The notes beneath the pieces are model-generated. The model was not told where the DNA came from, made no database searches, and saw nothing but the letters and a program-made list of their open reading frames with translations. Below are positions 1 through 8,523 of a stretch of 64,000 nucleotides of DNA, in pieces. The first letter of the stretch is position 1; the number at the start of each line of letters is the position of its first letter. The DNA is from Flavobacteriales bacterium. GTDB lineage: Bacteria > Bacteroidota > Bacteroidia > Flavobacteriales_D > CAJJDF01. The stretch is taken from NCBI GenBank assembly GCA_965660305.1, contig CBFHZD010000002.1, positions 64,048-128,047 of the forward strand, written 5' to 3'. A program made the translations under genes and the position numbers.

Positions 1-480
1 CATGGCAGTTACATAGAATTACAAAACTTAACCGATAAAATAATTAACGTGTCCGGTTGGCGATTAATGAACCAAAATGGGCTTTATTTTGTTATTCCAG
101 AAGGAAGTATGCTAACATCAAAAGGTTTTTTTACTGTCTATCAGAGAAATGGTCCAAGCGAAAGATTAAATAGCTTGTTTAAGATTAAATCGAACGATAC
201 ACTTTTGCTTTATTCAAACACTGAAGAAGGGATAGACACGTTGGATTTGTCTCAGAACAAGTTTAAGAAAATGCAGGCACTTGAGTGGGTAGATGCAGCC
301 ATAAGAAAAGGATGGTTTGCCGTGAAAGAAGGTACGCCAAATGAAACAAACAGAAAACAGAAACAATCCGAAGAAGAAAATAAATATATCTGGATTGGGT
401 TTGTGGTTGGAATAGTATTGTTATTTTTGTTTGTTCTTTTCTACAAAAGAACGAATAGGCTCCGTGGCGCAACTGAATAG
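1..480 (+). CDS. Lamin-tail-domain (LTD)-like protein, C-terminal part. The 5' end lies upstream of the window. It has a single C-terminal TM anchor.
   Basis: Frame 1 is open from base 1 (HGSYIELQNLTDKIINVSGWRL...), so ORF-track entry 49..480 is only the tail of a longer ORF. The pattern YIELxN..lSGWxL..FxIPxGxxLxxxGFFTV is LTD-like. A hydrophobic helix IWIGFVVGIVLLFLFVLFY is followed by a basic tail. The last 23 nt overlap the tRNA. Confidence 0.6.
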   Translation, partial: HGSYIELQNLTDKIINVSGWRLMNQNGLYFVIPEGSMLTSKGFFTVYQRNGPSERLNSLFKIKSNDTLLLYSNTEEGIDTLDLSQNKFKKMQALEWVDAAIRKGWFAVKEGTPNETNRKQKQSEEENKYIWIGFVVGIVLLFLFVLFYKRTNRLRGATE

Positions 481-531
481 CGCATCAGATTTCGGCTCTG
501 AGGGTTACAGGTTTGAATCCTGTCGGGGTCA
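458..531 (+). tRNA. tRNA-Arg, anticodon UCG, 74 nt, no encoded CCA
   Basis: Hand-folded cloverleaf. Acceptor GGCTCCG/CGGGGTC (two G-U pairs). D stem GCGC/GCGC with loop AACTGAATA. Anticodon stem TCAGA/TCTGA with loop TT-TCG-GC. Variable loop of 5 nt. T stem ACAGG/CCTGT with loop TTTGAAT. Discriminator A. Confidence 0.8.
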
Positions 532-542
532 CAAAATATTGA

Positions 543-580
543 GGAGAACTGATCCAGAAACGATTCGTTCTCCTTTTTTT
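543..580 (+). terminator. Rho-independent terminator downstream of the tRNA and LTD gene
   Basis: Arms GGAGAAC(tg)ATC ... GAT(tc)GTTCTCC form a hairpin, followed by T7 (574..580). Confidence 0.7.
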
Positions 581-634
581 ATGAGATTATTAAAGGTGTA
601 ATAGCACTGAATAACAAACGGTATAAACATAAAA

Positions 635-660
635 AAGGCGCAATGTATTCATTGCGCCTT
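635..660 (-). terminator. Hairpin terminator for the minus-strand gene 681..1796
   Basis: Perfect 11-bp stem AAGGCGCAATG/CATTGCGCCTT with a 4-nt loop. On the minus strand it is followed by a T-run (the complement of AAAAAA at 631..636, whose last two bases also begin the stem). Confidence 0.6.
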
Positions 661-680
661 TGTATCTTTGAATGTTACTG

Positions 681-1796
681 TTACAAACTCACCAAGTTAA
701 GAGTGAGATTGATGTACGGCATAGGACTCATGTTATTGCTAAAAACATAAGTTTGATCCCCAAAAAATCCTCTGTAAAAATCTCTATCATCACGAGAATC
801 CAATTCATCTACATTGAGGTTGTAATTTACAATTACTCCAGCCTGAATTCCCACCCAAAGAAAGCCAACAAGCTGCCTTTGATAGTCTAATCTTGCTCTA
901 ATTTCGCTTCTACGCAGTTCCAAGCCTTTTGTGTTTAATTCAGTGTCATACAGGCGATATGAAGCACCTTCTAGTTCGTACCCTGCCAACAAAATGTTTC
1001 TTGGGTTGAATTTTCTTCTGTAATGAGCTTTTGCAGGAAATAATATTTCTGTTCCCCATTTTCGGTTTTTAGAGGTATAATTATACATCACAACCGGTAT
1101 ATAATTCATCTCACCAGCTCTAAAAGTTCTAGACATCCCTATCCCCCATTGCAACCTGTCATGCGGCCTTTTTCCGTAAAGAAGTGTGGCTGAAAACTTA
1201 GTGTTGGCTAAATCGGGTGTGGTGTTTTCTGTTTTGAAATCATAGTTACCATTCATTTCCGTCATCATTTGCAAGATCACAAAACTATTTTCATTCAAGG
1301 GTTTGAATAAAGTCGTGTTTAAGTTAACGCTTGTGAGGTTTTTGGAAATAGCATCTGACAATCTATTATGACCCAAATTAGTTCCGAGTTTTTCGTCATC
1401 AATAGTCATTCTTGATTGATTGATTCCTCCACCAAGTTGCCAAACAAATTTTGACAAAGAAATAACCGGAATGTTGGCGTTCAGGCGTAAACCATGGTAA
1501 GAAAGTGTAGAAGTTTGTGTTTGATTAATAGTTGCATCTGGGGCAAACTCCCCTTCGTCTGAAGTTGTAAAATCACCCCCAGGAGTGAAGTCGTAACCCA
1601 AAGAGACGAAACGATTTGGGCTGAGATCAAAGATTTTTGGGCTGCAATAAGTAATAATTGTTCCCACATCCTCAACGTCATCATACATGCTGTAATCCTC
1701 TTCTTCCTCTTGATAAGTTGAATCAACTTGTGTAATACCCAATAATGGGAACAAGAGAAAGTAAAAGAGAATATTTTGTTTACTAACGCTTTTCAT
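681..1796 (-). CDS. Hypothetical secreted protein, probably an outer-membrane beta-barrel
   Basis: 371-aa ORF with an N-terminal signal-like segment (ILFYFLLFPLLGITQ), alternating aromatic/polar beta-strand-like composition and a C-terminal hydrophobic strand. No specific family was recognised. Confidence 0.55.
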   Translation of the reverse strand: MKSVSKQNILFYFLLFPLLGITQVDSTYQEEEEDYSMYDDVEDVGTIITYCSPKIFDLSPNRFVSLGYDFTPGGDFTTSDEGEFAPDATINQTQTSTLSYHGLRLNANIPVISLSKFVWQLGGGINQSRMTIDDEKLGTNLGHNRLSDAISKNLTSVNLNTTLFKPLNENSFVILQMMTEMNGNYDFKTENTTPDLANTKFSATLLYGKRPHDRLQWGIGMSRTFRAGEMNYIPVVMYNYTSKNRKWGTEILFPAKAHYRRKFNPRNILLAGYELEGASYRLYDTELNTKGLELRRSEIRARLDYQRQLVGFLWVGIQAGVIVNYNLNVDELDSRDDRDFYRGFFGDQTYVFSNNMSPMPYINLTLNLVSL

Positions 1797-1797
1797 A

Positions 1798-2271
1798 TTA
1801 TTTTTTCTTTGATTTTAATTTTATTCTCTTCCAAGTATCTGTTCTGCCCAATGCTTTAATCCCAACATATCCTCTGATGTTTAGTACATCTCCATCTTTA
1901 TTAATGGTAGAGCTATAGGTGCTGCCACTTTCTGGATCGTAGATTGTGCCTCCTGTCCACTCATTATCTCCTGAGTAAACGAAGTCTTTCAACATTCGAA
2001 AACCTCTTAACGGTACGTTTCGTAGTGATTCTTCTGGGTTATTTTTGTCAGTCTTAGGTTTGTTTGTTTTTGGATCGATAGGTTCTCTTAGCCACACTAT
2101 TTTTCCAAAATATTTATTTCCAATTTTACTGATTTTAACTCTTGCTTTTCCACTGCTAGGTTCCCAAAGACCGATTATTGCGTCTCCTTCTTGGGCTACA
2201 AAGTTTGAGTTGAAGCTGGAAATTGTAAACACTAAAAATAGTAATGTTGTGATTGTGATAATTGATTTCAT
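1798..2271 (-). CDS. DUF2147 domain protein (secreted)
   Basis: Signal peptide, then GLWEP..GKARVKI...YFGKIVWLREP...DKNNPEESLRNVPLRGFRMLKDF...WTGGTIYDPESGSTYS, the characteristic DUF2147 pattern. Confidence 0.8.
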   Translation of the reverse strand: MKSIITITTLLFLVFTISSFNSNFVAQEGDAIIGLWEPSSGKARVKISKIGNKYFGKIVWLREPIDPKTNKPKTDKNNPEESLRNVPLRGFRMLKDFVYSGDNEWTGGTIYDPESGSTYSSTINKDGDVLNIRGYVGIKALGRTDTWKRIKLKSKKK

Positions 2272-2555
2272 ATTAATATAGGTTTTGATTAATTGAGTCT
2301 AATTTACGATTAACTTTTAAAATTTGTGTGTGTTTTTGTGTACATGTTTGATTTTTGAACCTTTTCAACTAAAATTTATAGCAGAAAGCCTAAAAACTCT
2401 TTTTTAAGCGATTTAAGGGGTGAAAATTAAAAAAACAAGCCCTAGCATTAGAAAAAGATAAAAAGCGATTAGAGCTCGCGCTGTGCAGAAACCCCCGAAA
2501 CCAACATAAACAACTAAAAAACAGGGTTTTATGTGTTTTTTCTTACAGTTTTATT

Positions 2556-2593
2556 AAAACCACTTGTGTTTCACGTGGAACACAGGTGGTTTT
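2556..2593 (-). terminator. Bidirectional hairpin terminator downstream of mnmG
   Basis: Arms AAAACCACTTGTGTT and AACACAGGTGGTTTT (15 nt, 1 mismatch) flank the loop TCACGTGG. T-runs follow on both strands. Confidence 0.7.
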
Positions 2594-2627
2594 GTTTTTG
2601 ATTGTGAAATGTTTCACGTGAAACGTG

Positions 2628-4502
2628 TTATCGTCCGAGGTAAATTAGTAAAATATTGATGTCGGTTGGTTTTATTCCAGATATTCTTGATGCTTGACCA
2701 ATAGTTTTGGGTGCGATTGTGGCAAGTTTTTCTTTGCTTTCGTTTGACAAGGAGCTGAGTTTTGAGTAGTCCATATCCGCAGGAATTCGTGTGCTTTCCA
2801 GTCGTACTATTTTGTCTGCCACGTTTTGTTCTTTTGAAATGTAGCCGTTGTACTTGATCTGTACTTCTGCTTGTTCCAACACCTCTTCTTGCAAAGAATC
2901 AAGAGTTTTGATTTTTTCAGTGAGTGTTTGTGAGGTTGGTAATACTTCCTTTAGTGAAATATTTGGCCTAGATACAATCTTGTCAAACTTCATTTTTTGA
3001 GAAATCTTGGCGCTGTTTTTGCTTTCTAAAATTGGATTGAGGGCCTCGAAATCTACGCTTGTATCTTTGAGCAACTGAATGAGTGAGTTTGTTTCTTTTA
3101 ACTTCTCTTCCACCCTTTTCATCCTTTCTTCAGAGGCAAGTCCGAGAACGTACCCTTTTGGTGTAAGCCTGATGTCTGCATTGTCTTGCCTGAGCAAAAG
3201 TCGGTACTCAGCTCTTGAGGTAAACATCCTGTATGGCTCTTCGGTTCCTTTTGTGATTAAATCATCAATAAGCACACCAATGTATGATTCGGCTCTGGTT
3301 AAAACAAACTCTTCTTTGTCGTATTTTTTCTGGTGCGAGTTTATTCCGGCAACTAGTCCTTGACAAGCAGCTTCTTCATAACCTGTTGTTCCGTTTATTT
3401 GTCCAGCAAAATAGAGGTTTTCAACCAGTTTCGTTTCTAACGTGTAGTTGAGTTGTGTGGGTGGAAAATAGTCATATTCAATTGCGTATCCTGGTCTGAA
3501 CATTTTGGCGTTTTCAAACCCGGGTATTAATCGCATAGCATTAAACTGAACATCTTCTGGAAGGGAACTTGAGAATCCGTTTACATAAACTTCGCAGGTG
3601 TCCCAACCTTCTGGTTCCACAAATATTTGATGTCTGGTTCGTTCTGCAAAGCGGTCTAGTTTGTCTTCAATAGAGGGGCAATACCTTGGTCCAGATCCCA
3701 TAATTCTACCGTTGAAAAGCGGTGATTTTTCGAACCCTTCACGCAACACATCATGAACTGCTGGGTTAGTATAGGTGATGTAACAACTTCTTTGTTTTTT
3801 AAGAGGTGTTGTTTCGGTCGAATAAGAAAACTTACCTGGGTTTTCGTCACCAGGTTGTTCTTCCATTTTGGAGTAGTCCAAACTTCTGCCGTCTACACGA
3901 GGTGGTGTTCCTGTTTTCATACGACCAGATTCAAACCCAACTTTGCGTAATCTCTCCGTAATTCCTGTTGAAGCTTTTTCTCCTGCTCTACCTCCGCCAA
4001 ATTGTTTTTCTCCCAGGTGTATGGTTCCGTTAAGAAATGTGCCGGCAGTAACAATGACTGAATGCGCTTTTATCTCTATTCCCATTCCTGTCACAACTCC
4101 TTCAATTTTGTTGTTTTCGATGATCAGATCCGTTACGGTATCTTGCCAAAAACTTACATTTGGTGTGTTTTCTAAAGCCATTCTCCAAGCTTCGGCAAAC
4201 CTTTTTCGGTCGCTTTGTGCTCTTGGACTCCACATGGCTGGGCCTTTAGATTTATTAAGTAATTTAAACTGAATCGCGGTTTGGTCTGTGATGATTCCGG
4301 AATACCCGCCTAAGGCATCTATTTCTCTGATTATCTGACCTTTAGCTATTCCGCCCATGGCAGGATTGCAAGACATTTGGGCAATGGTTTCCATGTTCAT
4401 GGTTACCAATAATACGGATGAACCGAGGTTGGCTGCTGCTGCTGCTGCTTCGCAACCCGCATGACCACCTCCTACTACTATTAAGTCGTACTTAGGATGC
4501 AT
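2628..4502 (-). CDS. mnmG: tRNA uridine-5-carboxymethylaminomethyl(34) synthesis enzyme MnmG (GidA)
   Basis: 624 aa. N-terminal FAD motif [15 protein letters not shown], and full-length GidA-like sequence ([21 protein letters not shown]). Confidence 0.97.
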   Translation of the reverse strand: MHPKYDLIVVGGGHAGCEAAAAAANLGSSVLLVTMNMETIAQMSCNPAMGGIAKGQIIREIDALGGYSGIITDQTAIQFKLLNKSKGPAMWSPRAQSDRKRFAEAWRMALENTPNVSFWQDTVTDLIIENNKIEGVVTGMGIEIKAHSVIVTAGTFLNGTIHLGEKQFGGGRAGEKASTGITERLRKVGFESGRMKTGTPPRVDGRSLDYSKMEEQPGDENPGKFSYSTETTPLKKQRSCYITYTNPAVHDVLREGFEKSPLFNGRIMGSGPRYCPSIEDKLDRFAERTRHQIFVEPEGWDTCEVYVNGFSSSLPEDVQFNAMRLIPGFENAKMFRPGYAIEYDYFPPTQLNYTLETKLVENLYFAGQINGTTGYEEAACQGLVAGINSHQKKYDKEEFVLTRAESYIGVLIDDLITKGTEEPYRMFTSRAEYRLLLRQDNADIRLTPKGYVLGLASEERMKRVEEKLKETNSLIQLLKDTSVDFEALNPILESKNSAKISQKMKFDKIVSRPNISLKEVLPTSQTLTEKIKTLDSLQEEVLEQAEVQIKYNGYISKEQNVADKIVRLESTRIPADMDYSKLSSLSNESKEKLATIAPKTIGQASRISGIKPTDINILLIYLGR

Positions 4503-4566
4503 AGTTAAATTTTTTTACAAAGATAACTAATAAAGGAATGACAAGTAAATTTGAACCTAGATTGAA

Positions 4567-5001
4567 TTAACTTATTGTTTCAATAAGGTCTATAGCTGCA
4601 TCTTCGGCTATTCTCATTTCTGTTTTTTCATCCTCCGACTTATCCTTGAATCCTATCAAATGAAGGACTCCATGGCACATAACTCTATGTAATTCAGTTT
4701 CGAAAGAAACCTGAAAGGATTGCGAATTTTCTTTAACTCTGTCTATGCTGATAAAGATATCTCCAGAAATTATTCCGGCATGGGTGTAGTCAAAGGTTAT
4801 GATGTCGGTAAGGGTGTCGTGGTTGAGGTGTTCAACATTCATTTTATGTAAATAGTCATCTGAGCAAAACACGTAGCTAATGTCGCCAGTAAGTTTGTCG
4901 TATGAGGTTATCAGCGCCTCTATCCATTTTGAGTAGGATACCGAGCCCTCTAGTTCAAAGTCGATTTCTTCTGAAAAAAATGAGATTTTGTCTTCTTTCA
5001 T
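4567..5001 (-). CDS. ybeY: rRNA maturation endoribonuclease YbeY
   Basis: HGVLHLIGFKD zinc-binding H-x-x-x-H-x-x-x-x-x-D/H motif and about 140 aa in size. The ORF track starts at 5016. The internal ATG at 5001 (MKEDKISFF) seems the more likely start. Confidence 0.88.
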   Translation of the reverse strand: MKEDKISFFSEEIDFELEGSVSYSKWIEALITSYDKLTGDISYVFCSDDYLHKMNVEHLNHDTLTDIITFDYTHAGIISGDIFISIDRVKENSQSFQVSFETELHRVMCHGVLHLIGFKDKSEDEKTEMRIAEDAAIDLIETIS

Positions 5002-5088
5002 AGGGCAAATGTACAAATCAATGATGATTTTTTGATTGAAAGCTTAACATACGGTTTTACTTTGGGCTAATTAATTGGCTTAAGGAAA

Positions 5089-8000
5089 CTATCGCACAGA
5101 ATTAAAGTACTCATTTACCCTGTTCTTATAGTAGGGAAGTAATGAGCCTGGTATGGTTTTTAATAACTCTGTTTCCTTTTCTTTCTGTTGTTGATATTCA
5201 AAGAATTCTTCGGGATTACTGATTAGCGGGTCTTTTACACCTTGTGACTCCCTCTTATCGTCAAGCTCTCTCTCCATGAGCGCTTTTTCTGACTTTAAGA
5301 GTCTAGTCATGATGTCTTTCTGGCGTTTTATTGTTTCAGAATCAACTTGGTTGTTAATAATATCTTCTTCAACTTTTTCTAATTCTTTATTGATCTTCTT
5401 TAGCTCATTTCCTAACCCTGTACCATCTCCATTGAGCTCTTGACTAAGTTCTTGTATGGCTTTTCTTAGCATGGCCTGTTCTGCAGCCATTTGAGCTAAT
5501 TCTTTGCTGTTTCCGTTTTTCCCTTTGCCCTCCGTTTTTCCTTTTTCTCCTTGTTTTTTTAATTTTTTTAGTGCTTCCCCTGCTTTTCCCTGAGCTTCTT
5601 TTAATCCAGGAAGTAGTCCAGGTTTTGGGTTAGAACCACCCGGATTGTTGCAAGATCCGCTACCAGGTTTTTTTTCGCCAGCGGCTTGTTTTTGTAACTC
5701 TTTCAGGGCTTCGTCCAGTAAAAGAGCCAAATTATTAATAGAAGTCATTGTGAATTGTTGCTGCTGTGCCGCATTTCTTGTCTTTCGCTCACCAATGTAT
5801 AGCAGTGAATTTTTAATCCCTTGGTTTATTTGATTCATTTCTTTATTCACAACTGACTGAATTTGCTCAATTCTTTTACTCAGAGCGAACAACGAATCTT
5901 CTATCATTTGTGCATCAGACTTTAGTTTTACTTGTTCTTGTCCCAGCACAACGTATTTCGGGTCATTCGTACTTGTTTGTTTAATTTCGGTTAGCACGGT
6001 TTCCTGATCAAAGGACAAGGTCAACAGATTTTCCAATAAGGCTCTTAAATCCTCCATGTTTTCTGCCGAACTGGAAGAACTAGAAGACATTTGTTTTTTT
6101 GCCTTAGCTGCTGCTGATTTCATTTTATCTGCTGCACTTTTTTGGCTGTCGTTAGCTTTTTCTTGCTTGTTTTTTTCAAGGCTTTCGGAGCTTTCGGACA
6201 TCTTTTCTTTGATTTCCTCTTTTTCTTGCTCCAATTCATTTAGTTCTTTTTTGTTTTCAAGACTTTCGTTTTTCTCTTTGATTTCCTTTAGTTCTTCTTC
6301 CGCTTTTTCAAATTCATCGTTCAGTTGTTCTTGCTCTTCTTCAGACTCTTCTTCTTTCTCTGATAACTCTTCTTGTTTTTCAGCAAGTTTTTCCATTCTA
6401 TCTGCAAATTCCTCTAACTTGTCATCCATCTCCATTTGCTTAAAAATTTCGAGCGTTCTTTCCATTTCTTTTTGCAAATCCATGTTTTCTAGATCCATCT
6501 TTTCCAAAGATTTTTGAAGCTCTTTTTTATCCAACTTCTCCATCATCTTTTCAAGTTTTTCATACAGCTTTTCCATCTCTTCGCTGTTCAACTCTTCCAT
6601 CAGCTTTTCCAATTTTTTTTGCTTGTCTTGGGAACGCTTACTCGCTTTATCAAACTTGTTTTTTTCTTGATTTTTTTTCTTCGTTTCGTTCAGTAGCGTT
6701 TTGTTCTGAGCATTCAACTCTTTATTTTGCTGAACAAGCTCTTTCATTCTTTTTTTATCCTGCCAAGTTGCACTTTTTTTGTTGAGCAAGGACTCCGTAA
6801 GCTGCTTAATTTGTTTTTGAATTTTCTCGGACTTCTCAATGTTCCTTTCCAGCTTGTTTTTTATCTGGTCACTCTTTTTCTCTTGCTCAGATTCAAACTC
6901 TTCAGCATTTGGCGTTTCAACTTTTTGAATCCCTGATCGAGCTGATTTGCTTCCGTTCACTTCATCGTTGTCCCAAACTTCAAAAAAGTATTCTACAACT
7001 TCTCCTAGTCCCAGGTTGAGTTCTGTAATATTTAAGATGTGATAAAAAGAAGATTGAGCGTACCCGCTCGAAAAATCAACGGGCACAGAGGTAAATTTAC
7101 GCCTTTCAGATGCGCTGTCTTTTTTATATTTTCTGTAGTTGAAGGAGAGTTTTGTAAATCCGTAATCGTCCGAAATATTTCCTTTGAAATAGATGAGCTC
7201 GGGGCTTATGCTATCTTGTTTCTGGTTGGCTATGATTTTAGGAAACTCATCTTTTTTAGACTGAACCCTGAACTCTAGGGTGTCTAAATTAGCCATGAAG
7301 TCATTCTCTACTTTTAACGAGAATTGTGATGAATTTTTGATTTGCTTTATGGCTTCATAAACTCCTTTATACGTCTCTTTCAAAGGCAAAGAAGACCCTT
7401 GTTCTGCAAACGAAATTACCGAAGTGTTTTTAGTTTTGAAGCTCCACGTTATTTGAGTTCCTTCTGGCACCGATACTTCATTTAGGTTGTCGTAGGTTAC
7501 ATCGGTTAAATCCGTATAACTAGGAAAATCTAACGAGATTTCGTACCCCATTACAATTGGTTTGATTACCGAGGAAAGCACATAGGTTTTGGAGTTGAAC
7601 CCGTTGGCTGTGAGCAAAAACTGTTTCTTTCCTTGTACGTTTTTAAACGTGTATTCGAATTGAGTTTTAGAAGTTTTTCGCAATTTGACTGAGTTTTCGC
7701 CCATTTTTAGGAAAACTTCATTTGGGGTTTCGCGTCCTGTAACCTCAATTTTCAATTCAAAATCTTCGTTTTCTACCACACTTAAATCTCTGTTGAGAAG
7801 GTTAAATTGAAAAGGTGCCTCAGGAATAAATTCTTGATTATAATTAATAATTCTTGTCGTTCCTTCTTTTAGTATTCTAGCATTTACAAAAAGAATAAAA
7901 AAGAAAAGAACAATAGGTGCCAGAGCAAATTTCAAGTATTTTTTGTTACCTGAAAAATCAACAGCATTTGAAAATTTGACAGGTTTTAATTCCTCAATTT

Positions 8001-8400
8001 TTTGATTAATACTGTATTCAATCAGGTCGTTTTCGGAGGATTTATCTTCCTGCATCAATTGGAGCGTGTTAATTAACCTATCCTTAACCTCTCCAAAGTG
8101 AGTTCCAATAATCGCAGCGGCTGTTTGGTGATCAATGAGCTTCCCTAGCTTATTTAACTTAAACAACGGTATCACAATAAACTTTGTAACTGTAGCAGCA
8201 GAAATAAGAATAAAACTAAAGAAAAGAACCGCTCTTAACAGAACGTCAAAATTTCCAAAATACTCCAACAAAACTAATGAGAGAAAGAACATGACAACAA
8301 TCGCGAAGGAATAGATAGCTCCTTTTATCAGTTGGTTTTTATAAAACTTTCTGACAAATTCGTCTAGCTTTTTGAGTAATATGGATTTGTTATCGGTCAT
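5089..8400 (-). CDS. Large membrane-anchored coiled-coil protein (DUF4175-like), 1103 aa
   Basis: The N-terminus has 3-4 hydrophobic helices. A central beta-rich region follows, then about 260 aa of extremely E/K-rich heptad-like sequence, a poly-Ser run (SSSSSS) and a G/K-rich tract. The family assignment is from memory of the architecture and was not searched. Confidence 0.7.
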   Translation of the reverse strand: MTDNKSILLKKLDEFVRKFYKNQLIKGAIYSFAIVVMFFLSLVLLEYFGNFDVLLRAVLFFSFILISAATVTKFIVIPLFKLNKLGKLIDHQTAAAIIGTHFGEVKDRLINTLQLMQEDKSSENDLIEYSINQKIEELKPVKFSNAVDFSGNKKYLKFALAPIVLFFFILFVNARILKEGTTRIINYNQEFIPEAPFQFNLLNRDLSVVENEDFELKIEVTGRETPNEVFLKMGENSVKLRKTSKTQFEYTFKNVQGKKQFLLTANGFNSKTYVLSSVIKPIVMGYEISLDFPSYTDLTDVTYDNLNEVSVPEGTQITWSFKTKNTSVISFAEQGSSLPLKETYKGVYEAIKQIKNSSQFSLKVENDFMANLDTLEFRVQSKKDEFPKIIANQKQDSISPELIYFKGNISDDYGFTKLSFNYRKYKKDSASERRKFTSVPVDFSSGYAQSSFYHILNITELNLGLGEVVEYFFEVWDNDEVNGSKSARSGIQKVETPNAEEFESEQEKKSDQIKNKLERNIEKSEKIQKQIKQLTESLLNKKSATWQDKKRMKELVQQNKELNAQNKTLLNETKKKNQEKNKFDKASKRSQDKQKKLEKLMEELNSEEMEKLYEKLEKMMEKLDKKELQKSLEKMDLENMDLQKEMERTLEIFKQMEMDDKLEEFADRMEKLAEKQEELSEKEEESEEEQEQLNDEFEKAEEELKEIKEKNESLENKKELNELEQEKEEIKEKMSESSESLEKNKQEKANDSQKSAADKMKSAAAKAKKQMSSSSSSSAENMEDLRALLENLLTLSFDQETVLTEIKQTSTNDPKYVVLGQEQVKLKSDAQMIEDSLFALSKRIEQIQSVVNKEMNQINQGIKNSLLYIGERKTRNAAQQQQFTMTSINNLALLLDEALKELQKQAAGEKKPGSGSCNNPGGSNPKPGLLPGLKEAQGKAGEALKKLKKQGEKGKTEGKGKNGNSKELAQMAAEQAMLRKAIQELSQELNGDGTGLGNELKKINKELEKVEEDIINNQVDSETIKRQKDIMTRLLKSEKALMERELDDKRESQGVKDPLISNPEEFFEYQQQKEKETELLKTIPGSLLPYYKNRVNEYFNSVR

Positions 8401-8499
8401 TAACGGTTTGGTGTATCACGTAAAATTAAGGTTTTTATTCGAAAAATGACCTGTAGAAAAACCCTTAATATTCAAACACCATTTCCAAGTTGCATTTAC

Positions 8500-8507
8500 T
8501 ATCTTTG
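8500..8507 (+). promoter_or_regulatory. Putative Bacteroidota -7 promoter box (TATCTTTG) for mfd
   Basis: Matches TAnnTTTG, 17 nt upstream of the mfd ATG. No good -33 TTG at canonical spacing. Confidence 0.35.
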
Positions 8508-8523
8508 CCACAATTAACACTGC

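Noticed and set aside
2272-2627. Possible chromosomal origin (oriC) next to mnmG/gidA
   Set aside because: gidA neighbours oriC in some bacteria, and the spacer is AT-rich. However, I could not find a cluster of DnaA-box-like 9-mers (TTATCCACA / TGTGGATAA), and the nearest matches have 3 mismatches. dnaA and dnaN are not nearby. GC-skew and DnaA-box scans on the whole genome would be needed.
6056-6936. Three plus-strand ORFs (153, 60 and 69 aa) rich in S, F and L
   Set aside because: They lie antisense to the E/K-rich coiled-coil region of the 1103-aa gene. The reverse complement of GAA/AAG-rich coding DNA gives stop-free TTC/CTT frames. This is a low-complexity artefact.
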